A model generated the notes under the pieces. That model ran no database searches. It was not told where the DNA came from and worked only from the letters and a program-made list of their open reading frames with translations. A stretch of 64,000 bases of DNA. Origin: Styela clava (lineage: Eukaryota). This document shows positions 27,029 through 40,089 of the stretch, one piece after another. Made by a program: the position numbers and the translations under genes. Numbering within the stretch: the first letter of the stretch is position 1; each line of letters starts with the position of its first letter. The DNA lies in the NCBI RefSeq assembly GCF_964204865.1, contig NC_135260.1, positions 15,706,478-15,770,477 of the forward strand, in the 5' to 3' direction.

Positions 27029-30000
27029 TATGTATTTTCTAACATATGTTAGAATTGTTGAGACAATACACAACTGATAAATACTGAAATGATAGAAGTC
27101 GAGCTTTATAGTAGTTTGGCATATGTTATCTATAAGTAAATATAATAGAAACTGTTCGCGTATGTTTGTGTAACACATAGCTGTATAGAGTAGACTATTT
27201 TATTACTAACATTATTGTATATCTTATTTATTGATAATCACTGTCCGACTTATGCAACTATTTAGTTAACAGACTTTCAAAGTTATACATTGTTTTATTT
27301 TAGTGAAACGTACCTATTTTACCGATTGTAGTAATTGGAACCTAGGCTTGATTCAAGTATAGTAAGATTAACTTTTTTCATAGGTAATCATTTATGAAAT
27401 CAATGAATTTTTAATAATATACTTGATTGTGTTAAAGCTTTTCCAGAAGTGTTGTTGGTTTGTATTTTTTTTTTTTGCCAATTTCATGGGATCTGACTCA
27501 TGAAATAACACATCTTTACTTTGTTGGTGTTTTTAATATATACTAGTTCCACTATTTTATTGTTATCCTTTTTGTTCAAAGTGCTAGTTAGCTGTAGCAA
27601 AATAGGTAATTTCTTAATGTATGCTTTTTTCTTATTATTTTCTAGTAGTCCGGGCCTTTTTAAGTTTAGAATGGTATGAAGAAAAAAGCACAATATTTAC
27701 AATATTTATAATTTTGGCATGCTACCCATCCATCTGAGTATTTTCAGATTTAAATACATGCTATCAAACAATCAACCCAAATGTAGGTTTGTTTTTTTAC
27801 TAATCGAAATGTTTTATTTAATCTAATTCCTTGTCTGAAATATTTACGTTTGTATATTTATTATATTTATTTTTATATTGATTCCATTACATTTGATATG
27901 TGATAACCTATTGGATTAAGAAATTTGTCAGTAATGAGTATACATATACCACATATAAACTGCTTTATCATCGAGAATTCATTTTATTGCTAACCAGGGA
28001 GAGTGTCCAAAAATGTGATGTCATTCTTGTTTGAATACCACTATATATGCTTATCTAACCTCCTGTACTAAGTATTATGAAAATGCATTCTAATCTATAG
28101 CACAGCTCGAATCACAGATAAATTCAGCTATTTTCCCGCAATATTTCCTTCCTGTGGGAGATATAGGGAAAATTTTCAAAAGGGGACGAGTGTGGGGAAT
28201 GTGCACATGGACGACATTTTTGAGACACCGAACCGGAAGCGGTTACAGGTGAGCTTATGTGAATAGGCAGCGCGCCCCACAAAGGGATCGTAGACAATTT
28301 TTTGAGGAGGTTCGAAGATAATTAAAAATGATCTTGCGCACCATCTCGTTTAGAGCAGGGGTCGGCAACCTTTCGTCGCTCGCGGGCCAAAATTAAGGGC
28401 TGCAAGTTATTGGCGGGTCGCACATATTTTTAGAAAGTTAAAAACCGAACGTATGATACTTTTTATAATAAAAATCAAGCAGTGATACATCTCTCTAATA
28501 TAATATAGATTTACTTCTTCATTGCATTACATCTCAAAAAATTCCCTCATGGAATCCGTCATGGCGATTCCACACTGGAGAATCATGTTCATAATAAAGA
28601 CATTGGTGGATTTTCATATAATCTGTTCAAAGAGCCCAGGAATTGGGTATTTTTCCTGATATCCACATTTCTTCCTTTGACTAGAAAGATGGCGAACCTA
28701 TTGACCGTACTTCTTCAGAAAACATCGAAAATCCTGGGGAATAAAAACATCGTCTACGAAATTTATTCCCCGGACATTGGAACGTCAAGACGAAAAGGCT
28801 TCAGCGAGATAGTTACTGCCAGAAAATAAGCAAATGTCATCGTTCATGACTGAGAAACAGTCGAATAATTAAAATTTAGGTAGCTCTGAAACAAGTCAGA
28901 GTTACCCGAATAATAAATTCAAAGACAACAGCATCAAATTCATGAGCGATAATGAACCGCCGAACCACAATGCTATAAAATAAAGATCTACCGCATCTGC
29001 AGGGAAGAATTATTCCGCACAGCGACCAGATGAAAATCATCATTTACCCAATACAAGCGAAACATATTCGTCGCCAGAAAAGAGCCTGTATGATAGAAAC
29101 ATTTCGAATGGAATCGAACAAACTCGAATTGCAACTCCTGATACGGAGACGACGCTGCCCCCTACCAATAATTTTCTGGTTAGTGGAGAGAATCTACAAC
29201 AAACGTATAAAACGTGAGTTCGGGAATCTGTAAGAAATTTGATACATCTGCTATTGTTGAGGTTCGTAATAAAATAAGCGATTTTTACGAGATTGAATAA
29301 ATGCTGAGAAAGTTTTGAATTGTACTGTCTTCAATTCATGAAGTAGGAAACAAAACTATTTGAAGTTTTCTATGATAAGGAGTCGACTATGGGGATAATA
29401 AATATTTTCATACATATTGAGATTCACTCACCCATGCACTTGACGCTACGAAATGAGAAAATAGCAGTCCAAGACCGGGATAAAAACTAAACCTCGTATC
29501 GAATGTCAAACCGACTATTGAAATTGAATATTGTATTTATGTTTAGGGCAACAATGTCTTCGCCAATGTCAAAAATTTTGACAAATTTGAATACGAATTA
29601 TCAATGATGGATTATTTTGCCAAAATAATAGCTCAGTTTAATTCAATTATAGATAGATTATCTGAATCATTTTTTATTAGATTTTGAGGAAATATGAGAA
29701 AAAAAGAAGAAGAATTTCCGAAGATATTGTTTCACTCAGAAAATATCATTGCATGTAGAAAAATCAATTTCATTGAATCTGCTTCAGATTTTGCATGTGC
29801 ATTCATCTTATCTCGGAACAGAAGCCTATTGATTTTGGGCGAATTATGTCGTATAATTAGCGAGTTATTAATTGATTAGTGATGGGACACAAGGTGTCAC
29901 TATGGAGTAAGAGCGCTGTTTTGGGGGATCCCCGAACTTTCGATCGATAAGTCTTCGGTCTCCGACCGATATTCTCGTTTAATGGTTAATCCGGCGCTGC

Positions 30001-30312
30001 TTAGCGGATTTATTCAGCCGTATGAACACTCTAACAGTTCTCTGCAAGGTAATCACACCAACATAACAAAACTGAGCGTCCTGTGTTTTGGGATAGCAAT
30101 GTGCAGAATGGCGATATCGATATGTTTCCATGTTTGCAAAACATCGTGGCACAGAAGAGTTATTTGCTGTCATAAGTCAACACTTGAAAGTCAGTTTTAG
30201 CATTTACTTTTCGCGGAAAATGTTTAGATGCTCGCCAGGGTAACCTCTGGATTGTTAATTCTATTGCAAATGATATTTTTTCGTACAATCTTAACACGGC
30301 TGTGAAAGATCG

Positions 30313-30540
30313 ATGATTGAGCTTTCCTGTGATACCACGCTGATGTCGAAGAATAAAGACTTGCCCTTGTCACAGTATTGGATATCGCTTGAAAAAGAAT
30401 ATCCTGAGCTTCGTGACGAGGCCATCAAATTACTGCTTATATTTTGGTCAACTTACTCATGTGAAAAAGGTTTTTGTCGTTATCTCTCATTGAGACCAAA
30501 GTCGCGTGAAAGTCAACGTTCTACTTCGCCTTGCAGAAAC
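30313..30540 (+). pseudogene. Relic of a hAT transposase C-terminal dimerisation domain (copy 2 of the duplicated block)
   Basis: Paralogue of 23497-23720 (..ISLEKEYPELRDEAIKLLLIFWSTYSCEKGFCRYLSL..). It is closer to the FWSTY.CE.GFS consensus than copy 1. Confidence 0.55.
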
Positions 30541-31127
30541 TTCATTAAATTCGCGTTTAACACGTATGATATCAAATTTCTCAATAAATTGTATTGTCTG
30601 CTTTTGGACTACATACTTTTTCGTAATTACATTCTTTTAATTATGTATTGTGTTTTTGACATTTTGGGTTCACCGGTCCGCCAAATTAGTTTTGAAGTTA
30701 CACCAGCCCGCAAACCAATAAAGGTTGAGATAAAGTGTCTGGTAAAATTTCCATTGTTACGTCAGCATGGCATCCTGTTAGTTGCCCAATGTTACAGAAA
30801 TAAACTAGTCGGCGCGGAGAAACATTCATTTTTCATGTAAAATATTTTTAAAAAGCAGGTATAATAAAGCGAATATTCAGAATTTAGCCGATCCGTGCAA
30901 ATATCGGCACTTAAATTTCCATCGCTTAAATTCATAATGTTCGCCAAACATGTATCAGGTGAACGCAAAGGGAGGAGGACTGAGACTACAGGTTTTTTGC
31001 TAGTCGGGGATTTCGTGAAAAAATTTGTAGTCTCTAACAACCCTCGGTGTTTCGGTTGGAACGTAGAAAGCTCCATGTCGTGGTGATTATGGTGTCCGCG
31101 GAAAGTGGGTTTGCATATTTACATATT

Positions 31128-31768
31128 TCTAGGCTTATCATACGTCCCGCTTTAGGCGGGACAGTCCCGCTTTTTGGCGTCTTGTCCCGCCGTCCCGACA
31201 AGTCAGCCAAAAGTCCCGCTTTGGCGTTTAGCCATCCAGCATAATACACGGACATGTTCTCGTCACTGTTGTTGCTGGTGTAGCGCAACGCTAGCGTACT
31301 TACTGAAGGTGAATGCGTTATTTTGATTGTTTCGTTGTTTCCCGCTAACATTGTTAGCGAACGTATCACATGTAAAATCAATTCTAATTGGTCCTAATCG
31401 GACGTTCATGTGAATGTAACATTGAACAACGTTTTTTTAAAGATGTTATCTACGGATAAGCATGCTTGGGCGAATAAGTAAATTCTCAATGCTTGAAAAC
31501 GACACAATATTTCATTATTCTTTATTTCTTTTGCTGTGCATAAAATAATCTAAATTTGGATCATTTGTATCGTTAGCGTCTATTCCTTCCTATTTTTCGA
31601 ACTGATCCCGATATTTAGACAGAGACTATTATGAGCATGAACTCTTGAGGACAATATATATGGTCAAAGAAGACAGACGGGATGGCTTAAATGTAGGCCT
31701 ATGTAGTAAAATCGGAAAATAAAGTTACAGGAGGCGTCCCACTTTGAAGTCAAAAAACATGGTAACCC
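31128..31768. mobile_element. 641-bp insertion found only in copy 2 of the duplicated block, flanked by an 8-bp direct duplication TACATATT. Unclassified
   Basis: Copy 1 reads ..gcatatttacatatt|gtgtcatatg.. without a gap. Copy 2 has TACATATT at 31120-31127 and again at 31769-31776 around the extra DNA. Inside are five GTCCCGC motifs, including the hairpin gtcccgctttaggcgggac. I see no clear TIR. Confidence 0.5.
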
Positions 31769-33344
31769 TACATATTGTGTCATATGATATGATCTCGATT
31801 CTATATAGGTGCTATTAATATAAAAATTGATAAAATTTCGCATGTCTACCATAGCCATCTTAGTGCACGCCAGACGATTTTCGGTATTTATGTATTCTGC
31901 AATGTGAATAATAACGATTCCTGTAGCTTTCGAAGCGGTAATATGCCTCTAATAGCAATGTGAGTTTTAAGATGAATTTTTATTCTGCTTCGGTTCTTAG
32001 AATGAAACACACATTGAACATTTTATTTAGCTCAATCCCAGAGAGGATTTTCTCGTTAAAAAACCCGGGAAAATCTGGTGTCTGACTACCCACACAATGA
32101 TGAAAGAAGAAGTAGGCAAGTAATGGCTGAACAGGACTTTAGATGGGTTTCGTTGAACGATGATACACTGCGACTTCGTAACACAGTCAACTTTATCAGT
32201 TGTGCTGAAATCCCATTTGCTTGGCGTGACCATGTTAAAGTATAAATGTTATGTTAGGCCATATATCCATTTATGGAAAACAATTGTTTCGACTGCTCAG
32301 AAGGAAGTGAACGATGTGACGTCATGGTCATCAATGTGTGGTGATGGTTTCAATTACATTTCCATTGTAATGTATTCGTATTTGTAAGAATAAAATACGA
32401 ATGCCGGTGGTTATATTTTACTCCGGTCCCTATGAATAAGCCGAAATAAGATGTAGCCTATTAGAAATAAACCCGATACGGGACAGACGTCGCAAATTTG
32501 TAGCTATGCGCATAAAGGCGGCGACTAAATGATAAAAAAGCATGCATCGATGGTTTTACGTGCTTTTGGAAAATCAAAACTAATTTGCATAACAACAATG
32601 CGTGACACAGGCGTATTGCGTTCTGGAAAACAAAAAAATACAACTAATTATCGTTTCCCAGCAGTAGCGTAGGTGTGGAGATTTTAACTATCGTGTCCAA
32701 TATTTTATTAAATTGAAAACACGGGATACGAAACCACGATTTACTTCCGATAACACCATTTCTACCAATTGAAATATAAAGTAGAGTGATGCATATCACG
32801 AACCTACAAACTTTCGGATATGCTCGTGACGGATTCTAATTGCGCCGAACAAGAGACAGAGACGTGGGAAAGTACAAGAATTTTGCTTAAAAGGAATGGA
32901 GCAAATGAGGATTCTCATAATGGAATCTTAGAAAACTACAGAAACACAATAAGTTGTAACATAGAAATTACTGCTACTGGAATTGCTGAAAAAGCGTGAG
33001 AAGAGTTGTCAAGGTTTGTGTTTTTTTTTCAATATAAATCTACTATATTATAACTATGCTATATACTTATACACTACATAAAATATCTATGACTTGTTTC
33101 ATTGCATGTACAAAATATTAGACGTAATGATATAAAGATATCAATGCTCTCAATTGATTATTAAATTGATAAACAAAACTACATTTTAGAAGATTATTTT
33201 TAATTCGACTTTAGTGAACAAAAATATCTCAAGAAATGAATTGTACGTATAGGTAAAAAACAAGAGTAATATCATGATTTTACATGTGTTTTCAATCATG
33301 ATAAAACTTATTCACTAATTAAACGATTACATTATAGATCAAAA

Positions 33345-33436
33345 ATGAAAATATTCATTGCCGTGGTATTGATATCGATGTTATATTCTGGAGAGGTTTC
33401 ATCGTTAGAATGGATGGATGAAGAATCTAGCTGGAG
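33345..33436 (+). CDS. Exon 1 of secreted cysteine-rich small protein, copy B
   Basis: The exon, donor (GGAG|gtaattatg) and signal peptide (MKIFIAVVLISMLYSGEVSSLEWMDEESSW) match copy A. Two conservative amino-acid changes separate it from copy A. Confidence 0.6.
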
Positions 33437-33633
33437 GTAATTATGTTTGTTTCATTACACACTAATCCCATCAGAATTTTATTAGCATATATATAAGTAA
33501 GTATAAGTACAAATTTGAACGAGGAAATTGTACAATTGCACTTTGGAATATTAGAATGCAGTCAGATTTATTTATGTTAAGAATTTTTTTTTTTGAAAAT
33601 TGATAAATTAAACCACATATCACTTTGTTTCAG

Positions 33634-33880
33634 ATGGCTAGATGAACATTGTAAAAAACTTGGTGTGCTGGATGTAACTGACAATCCAACAGCTCTCTAT
33701 ACTGTGAACAAATGGAAATGCAAAGACTTCAAACCTACGCGCATTAGTACAGTTGAATGCCACAGACTATGCCCACGTACTTGGCTGGGCACCCAGAGAA
33801 CATTGGTAATGCGGAACAAGTGCGACTACATCGGATTAACCCTACGAATAACCTGTGATTGCTTGAATCGCGTAAAATGA
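33634..33880 (+). CDS. Exon 2 of secreted cysteine-rich small protein, copy B
   Basis: The acceptor is cactttgtttcag|ATGGCTAGATG. The frame is that of ORF 33593-33880 (..CHRLCPRTWLGTQ..ITCDCLNRVK*). All 7 Cys and the stop position are conserved. Four amino-acid changes and a few synonymous changes separate it from copy A. Confidence 0.6.
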
Positions 33881-35203
33881 TATGTATTTTCTAACATATG
33901 TTAGAATAGTTGAGACAATGCACAACTGATAAATACTGAAATGATAGAAGTCGAGCTTTATAGTAGTTTGGCATATGTTATCTATAAGTAAATATAATAG
34001 AAACTGTTCACGTATGTTTGGGTAACACATCGCTGTATAAAGTAGACTATTTTATTACTAACATTATTGTATATCTTATTTATTGATAATCACTGTCCGA
34101 TTTATGCAACTATTTAGTTAACAGACTTTCAAAGTTATACATTGTTTTATTTTAGTGAAACGTACCTATTTTACGATTGTAGTAATCGGAACCTAGGTTT
34201 GATTCAAGTATAGTAAGATTAACTTTTTTCATATGTAATCATTTATGTAATCAATGTATTTTTAATAATATACTTGATTGTGTTAAAGCTTTTCTAGAAG
34301 TGTTGTTAGTTTTATTTTTGCCAATTTCATGAGATCTGACTCATGAAATAACACATCTTCATCTTGTTGGTGTTTTTAATATATACTAGTTTCACTATTT
34401 TATTGTTATCTTTTTTGTTCAAAGTGCTAGATAGCTGTTGCAAAATAGGTAGTTTCTTATTGTATGCTCTTCTGTTATAATTTTCTAGTAGTCCGGGCCT
34501 TTTTAAGTTTAAAATGGTATAAAGAAAAAAAGCACAATATTTACACTATTTCTAATTTTGGCATGCTACCCATATACCTAAATATTTTTAGATTTACATA
34601 CATGCTATTAAATAATCAACTTAAATGTAGGTTTGTTTTTTTACTAATCGAAATGTTTTATTTAATCTAATACCTCGTCTGAATTATTTACGTTTGTATA
34701 TTTATTATATTTATTTTTATATTGATTTCATTACATTTGATATGTGATAACCTATTGGATTAAAAATTTCTCAGTAATGAGTATACATATACCACATATA
34801 AACTGCTTTATCATCGAGAATTCATTTTATTGCTAACCAGGGAGAGTGTCCAAAAATGTGATGTCATTCTTGTTTGAATACCACTATATATGCTTATCTA
34901 ACCTCCTGTACTAAGTATTATGAAAATGCATTCTACTCTATAGCACAGCACGAATCACAGATAAATTCAGCTATTTTCCCGTAATACTTCCTTCCTGTGG
35001 AAGATATAGGGAAAATTTGTTCAAAAGGGGACGAGTGTGGGGAATGTGCACAGGGACGACATTTTTGAGACACCGAACCGGAAGCGGGGTTACAGGTGAG
35101 CTCATGTAAATAGGCAGCGCGCCCCGCAAAGGGGTCATAGACAATTTTTTGAGTTGATTCGGAGATAATTAAAAATGATCTTGCGCACCATCTCGTTTAG
35201 AGC

Positions 35204-35660
35204 AGGGGTCGGCAACCTTTCGTCGCTCGCAGGCCAAAATTAGGGGCTGCAAGTCATTGGCGGGTCGCACATATTTTTAGAAAGTTAAAAACCGAACGTA
35301 TGATACCTTTTATAATAAAAATCAAGCAGTGATACATCTCTCGAATAGAATATAGATTAATATAGATCTCCATTGCATTACATCTCAAAAAATTCCATTT
35401 GAATATTTTCGGCGCCATTGAACCCTTTGCACTTAGCATCAATTTTTCTGCGTTTTGTTGTCATTTGACTAATTATAATTAAATTATGGGCTCATTAAAC
35501 GAGTAATTGTGAACTATATACTTGTTAGGTTATAATATAATTCAGTCTACACGTGTCTAGCAATAAATTCTGTTACGTAAAGAATATAATATATTACTAT
35601 AATTCAGTGTGAAGCTTCGCGGGCCGGATCTGGCCCGCGGGCCGTAGGTTTCCGACCTGG
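35204..35660. mobile_element. ~457-bp MITE with TIR CAGGGGTCGGCAACCT / AGGTTTCCGACCTGG. It is intact only in copy 2. Copy 1 keeps the 5' TIR (28356..) and has lost the 3' half within a ~610-bp deletion
   Basis: 5' end caggggtcggcaacctttcgtcgctcgcaggcc. 3' end, in reverse complement, ccaggtcggaaacctacggcccgcgggcc. The GC-rich palindrome cgcgggccggatctggcccgcg lies at 35620-35645. Confidence 0.5.
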
Positions 35661-37143
35661 CTTAGAGATTGCGGAGAGCTGTTGTGCTTGTATCTTTATT
35701 ATCTATAGAGTTTCCAATATTAAAGTTCCATTCACGTATTTCCAACGCATTTTTGAATAAAAGAGCTTATTGTTAGCTAGTTACTTTTGAGGTGTACCGC
35801 GAGACTTGACAAATTTTAAAAAGGGGGCGCGGTTTGAGAACCACTGATCTAGACCAAGGGTGTTCCATATTTTTTGTCGGTGGGCCATATACCCAACTTC
35901 AGACATCGTTAACTTTGTTTCTGTAGTTTTAATCTTCACTGAAGTCAATCATCAGAGGAAGGCAGACAATCTTTATCTTAGAGCAAAATTTTTCGAGCAG
36001 CATCGGAATCCCTCATGGCGATTCCACACTGGAGAATCATGTTTATGATAAGGACATTGGTGGATTTTTATATAATCTGTTCAAAGAGCCCAGGAATTGG
36101 TTATTTTTTTTTGATAATCACATTTCCTTGGACTAAAAAGATGGCAAAGCTATTTACCGTACTTCTTCGACATGATAAACTCTCGATTTCGTTTATTGCT
36201 AAATTGCTAGGACAAAACTTTGATGATGCTCGCGTCTCGAAACATCGTCTAGGAAATTTATTCCCCGGACATCGAAACGTCAAGGCAAAATTGCTTCAGG
36301 GAAATAGTTACTGCCAGAAAATAAGCAAATGTCATCGTACTTGACTGAGAAACAGTCGAATAATTGAAATTCAGGTAGCTCTGAAACAAATCATAGTTAC
36401 CCGAATAATAAATTCAAAGACAACAGCATCAAATTCATGAACGATAATGGACCGCCGAACCATAATGCTACGAAGGAAAAATCTACCGCATCTGCAGGGA
36501 AGAATTCTTCCGCACAGCGACCAGATGAAAATCATCATTTACCCAATACAAGCGAAACATATTCGTCGCCAGAAAAGAGCCTGAATGATAGAAACACTTC
36601 GAATGAAATCGAACAAACTCGAATTGCTACAGTCCACTACCAATGATTTTCTGGTTAGTGGAGAAAATCTACCACAAATGTATAAAACTTACTTGAGTTC
36701 GGGAATCTGTAAGAAATTTGATACATCTGCTATTGTTGAGATTCGTAATAAAATAAGCGATTTTTACGAGATTGACTAAATGCTGAAAAAGTTCTGGATT
36801 GTACTGTCTTCGATTCTGGAACTAAAAAGCCGTATAGGAATGTGATAAAAGCGATGCAAGTTCGAAAACGGTTGAAAAACAACCATTACAAATCAGATTT
36901 GGACAATAATTTCAATGAATGTGCCTCTGGATTTCATGATACAGAAATTCGCAAAAAACATTTTCGCAAAATTGAAAATCACCGGTACTGTGGCCCAACG
37001 GTACCGTATCGCAGAAGATTTGAACTTGAACAAAAAATGTATCCTATAGTACAGAGCAGTGTTTCTTAACCTGAGTTCGATCAAACCCCTGGGTTTCGAT
37101 GAAGTTGTTCCAGGGGTTCGACGAACGTCGTTTGAAAGAGTTG

Positions 37144-37162
37144 TATATATATATATATATAT
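37144..37162. repeat. (TA)n microsatellite
   Basis: tatatatatatatatatat. Confidence 0.9.
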
Positions 37163-37769
37163 CATGAAACCTTACTGTTACCCAGCCTACTAATAAGTAA
37201 AATTAACTCTAGATTATCTTAGGAATATATATCCAAGCTTACACGTTTGAACAACCCACTTCATCGAAACTCATATCGTCACCGATGTCGTACGCTTCGG
37301 TGTGCTTTCTATTAATTAAAGCGCTTGTTGATGCTTTCTGCATACTGATGGGCACGAAATGTTTTAGGTCGTTATAACGTGGGGTTTTAAGACAAGTAAT
37401 GGACAAGTAAGTAAGTAAACAAGCGGACAAGTAAAAGATAGGGAGTAAGTGTACATAAATATAAAAGTGATAAATTTAGGGCAAAGAATATTTCATTGCA
37501 CAGCTTTGCTCAAAATTCTCAACATTCGTTCTGGAAAACCTCAATATGGCGTTTAGTCACGTGATATCTTTATATCTGTGAAACGGTGGACAAAGGCTTT
37601 TATCCGCATTTCAATACAGATTGAATAACGATAAACGAATGAATTAGCTACCGACGTTTTTAGGCGGCTTATCGTTTTTCGGATTTCCAAAGTTGCAATT
37701 TTTGTATAATCAGTTTTACGCTATTTCACCTGCTAGGACGTTTTTAAAGTATGCGTACCAAGATGGCGG

Positions 37770-37920
37770 ACACCGGAACGTAGTATGTGTGTACCAGGAT
37801 AGGCCATAATTTCAGGTACAAATACCACTGGAGTCACTTCGCTAGTCCCCGAACTCGTAATAGAACTAACCCAAGGAATAAAATTATGGCCTAATCCAAA
37901 CCTGGTATAAAGTGTCCACT
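37770..37920. mobile_element. Foldback MITE (..taccaggataggccataatttc .. gaataaaattatggcctaatccaaacctggta..). A related fragment lies at 3250-3360
   Basis: Internal inverted repeat. 3270-3350 (ggccataattttattctg..attacgagttcgggga) is the reverse complement of 37840-37890. Confidence 0.5.
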
Positions 37921-40089
37921 TTTGATGATATGATGTAAATTCAAATTTATATGCGCTCATTTACAATCGATGATGCACAGGAGTGTAGCCAGGGGAAGGT
38001 TTTTCTTCCTCCTTCCTTTTAAAATGTAAAAAAATAAAGCACCTTTCTGTATCACACGTACCAATTTTTTGTAGCTTGAAACGCTTTTTAGACCCTCAAG
38101 ACTCATGAAAACACACGTTTCATGGCGTTCGGCCGGACCCGCTCACTGTTTCGATCTAACTTCGCAAATAGAAATTTCAGAACCCCCTCCTTTGAAAATA
38201 TCTGGCGATATGATGCAAAAACTCGAACAATGCTTCGGCGAACTTATTGGCCTGTGTGAAACCACAGCGGTTTTATGTTAACTAAAGTGTGGCGAATTGG
38301 AGCGAAAAAATCTAGAAGCTTACTCCTAAAAAACTTGCTGATTTTGAACAGCACACAGATATGCAGTGCTATGCACAAACATCACATCATTGACGTTGAA
38401 ATCATTCATCAAAGACTCCTGTCAAAAGCGGATTTCCGTTGGTACACGCTCTGAAAGATCTTTCGCTCACAAATGACATCGACAAAGAAATATTTTTGAA
38501 CATTGAAAATTTAGTACGAAAATTAAGGCACTTGCACTGCAGTGTAAGCATCAAAAACAAAAAATAAATAGCACCATATGATTGAAGACAACAAACTCAT
38601 AGCAGAACAAGGAAAAACAAAAAGGTACAGGCCAAATCTAGCAGCACAACAAATCTCGGCTGGTGCGGTATCTAGCTTAAAACGTAAAAACTTGATACCA
38701 AAGTTTCAAGGACTGAAGAAGAATACATAATGAACAACCATTGTACAATAATTAATATAAAACATCGAGTATTTGTCTCTAAACTCTCATGTAGTATGCA
38801 TTAAAGTCTATGCACATGAAAAAGGAAAAAAATCTATGGCGATTGGAAGCGGAAGGTGGTATCCTTTCAACATAGCCACATCATTTTTTACAACAAAAAA
38901 GGAATGTTAATCATGATTTCAAATTTATTTTATTTTCCCAAATGGTTTCTACAGCTTTTATTCACTTTCTAATTTTCAGTCGCTGAAACAACTGCTAATT
39001 AATATCAATACATCCCTGATCTATCATATTCCTAAAAAATTATATATATCACGGTAAAAAACAATTAATATGAGGAGAGAAAAGATATGACTGCCAAGAT
39101 TGAAACATAACAATAAAAATAGAATAGTCTCTTCGTTGACATTGGTAATGCATCTAGCTAGGGCAATGGTTTCCAAACTTTGTAAGCCGTGTCCCTTTTT
39201 AGGAACTTGTCAAGTCTCGCGCCCCACCTCAAAAACAATAAACTAACAATAAGCTGCAAATAACAGTTAATGAGGCGAAAGCATGGTTTCTTCAAAAAAC
39301 ACGTTAAAAATTCGTGGATGGAACGTAAATAATAAAATGAATGGAAAGTTTCAAAAACAAGAAAAAATTGTTGCTATTTTTATTGGTGCAGTTGTTTTTG
39401 GCTGACAAAATAGGAAATGTAAATATCCAAAATAAGGTGTGCAAGATCAAATCTAACAACAATAAAAATATAAAAATAACTAAATAAAGAAGCACATGTG
39501 TTCAAAATATGGTCTTTTTGAGTATTCAATTAGAATTTAGCAGATATCAGTGTTGTGTATTTTGAGTGTCATGTGTATTACTGTCAAAAAATTATGAAAA
39601 CTGTAGCAATATTTTTAAATATATAAAAGTACGATTTTGAATTTAATGCTAGAGCAGTACAAATTAGAAAAAATAAAAGGCATGCACACTTTGAAGCTGG
39701 TAATTCTTACTAAAAGAAACAAATATATTACATCAAAATAAATAATTAACAGCAAATAATTGTAAAGATTCTGTACCAGAAAAAAGTTGACTACAAAAGT
39801 AGCTTTAGAACTTTGCATTTAGCCAATAAGCAGCAAAATAACATCACGCTTAGTGTTATGATTTAGTATTACTAACATGTTCATGTTTTTCTATGTTCAA
39901 CAAAAAAACTTGACAGAAGGAAAGTTGCTGAACACAAAGTAATTATACATGTAATATGGGCTTTGAGAAAACCTATCAAAAAATCTTAGCAATATTAATG
40001 TATTTAACATTTCAAATCTGAAACTGGGTTTGTAACAAAATACCCTATAGTACGTCACAATATATATTCAACGTGTCAATCTCTAGTAA

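Larger units (their letters stand above)
23031..29342. repeat. Tandem segmental duplication, copy 1 (~6.3 kb)
   Basis: Long collinear similarity to 29767-36812, with a few substitutions per 100 bp by eye. It contains the same spurious ORF pair, hAT relic, peptide gene and MITE 5' end. A ~430-bp unique spacer (29343-29766) separates the two copies. Confidence 0.85.
29767..36812. repeat. Tandem segmental duplication, copy 2 (~7.0 kb). It carries a 641-bp insertion at 31128-31768 and retains ~610 bp (35394-36007) that copy 1 has deleted
   Basis: Direct alignment with copy 1. The indel boundaries can be read from the sequence. Confidence 0.85.

Noticed and set aside
28561-29290. Ser/Asn-rich ORFs (28561.., 29030-29233) and their copy-2 counterparts (36015-36344, 36437-36646, 36585-36779), as a possible third duplicated gene
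   Set aside because: The open frames are not conserved between the two duplicated copies. Copy 1 has an in-frame TAA at ~28975 where copy 2 reads through, and the longest ORFs are in different frames in the two copies. That is unconstrained sequence, not coding.
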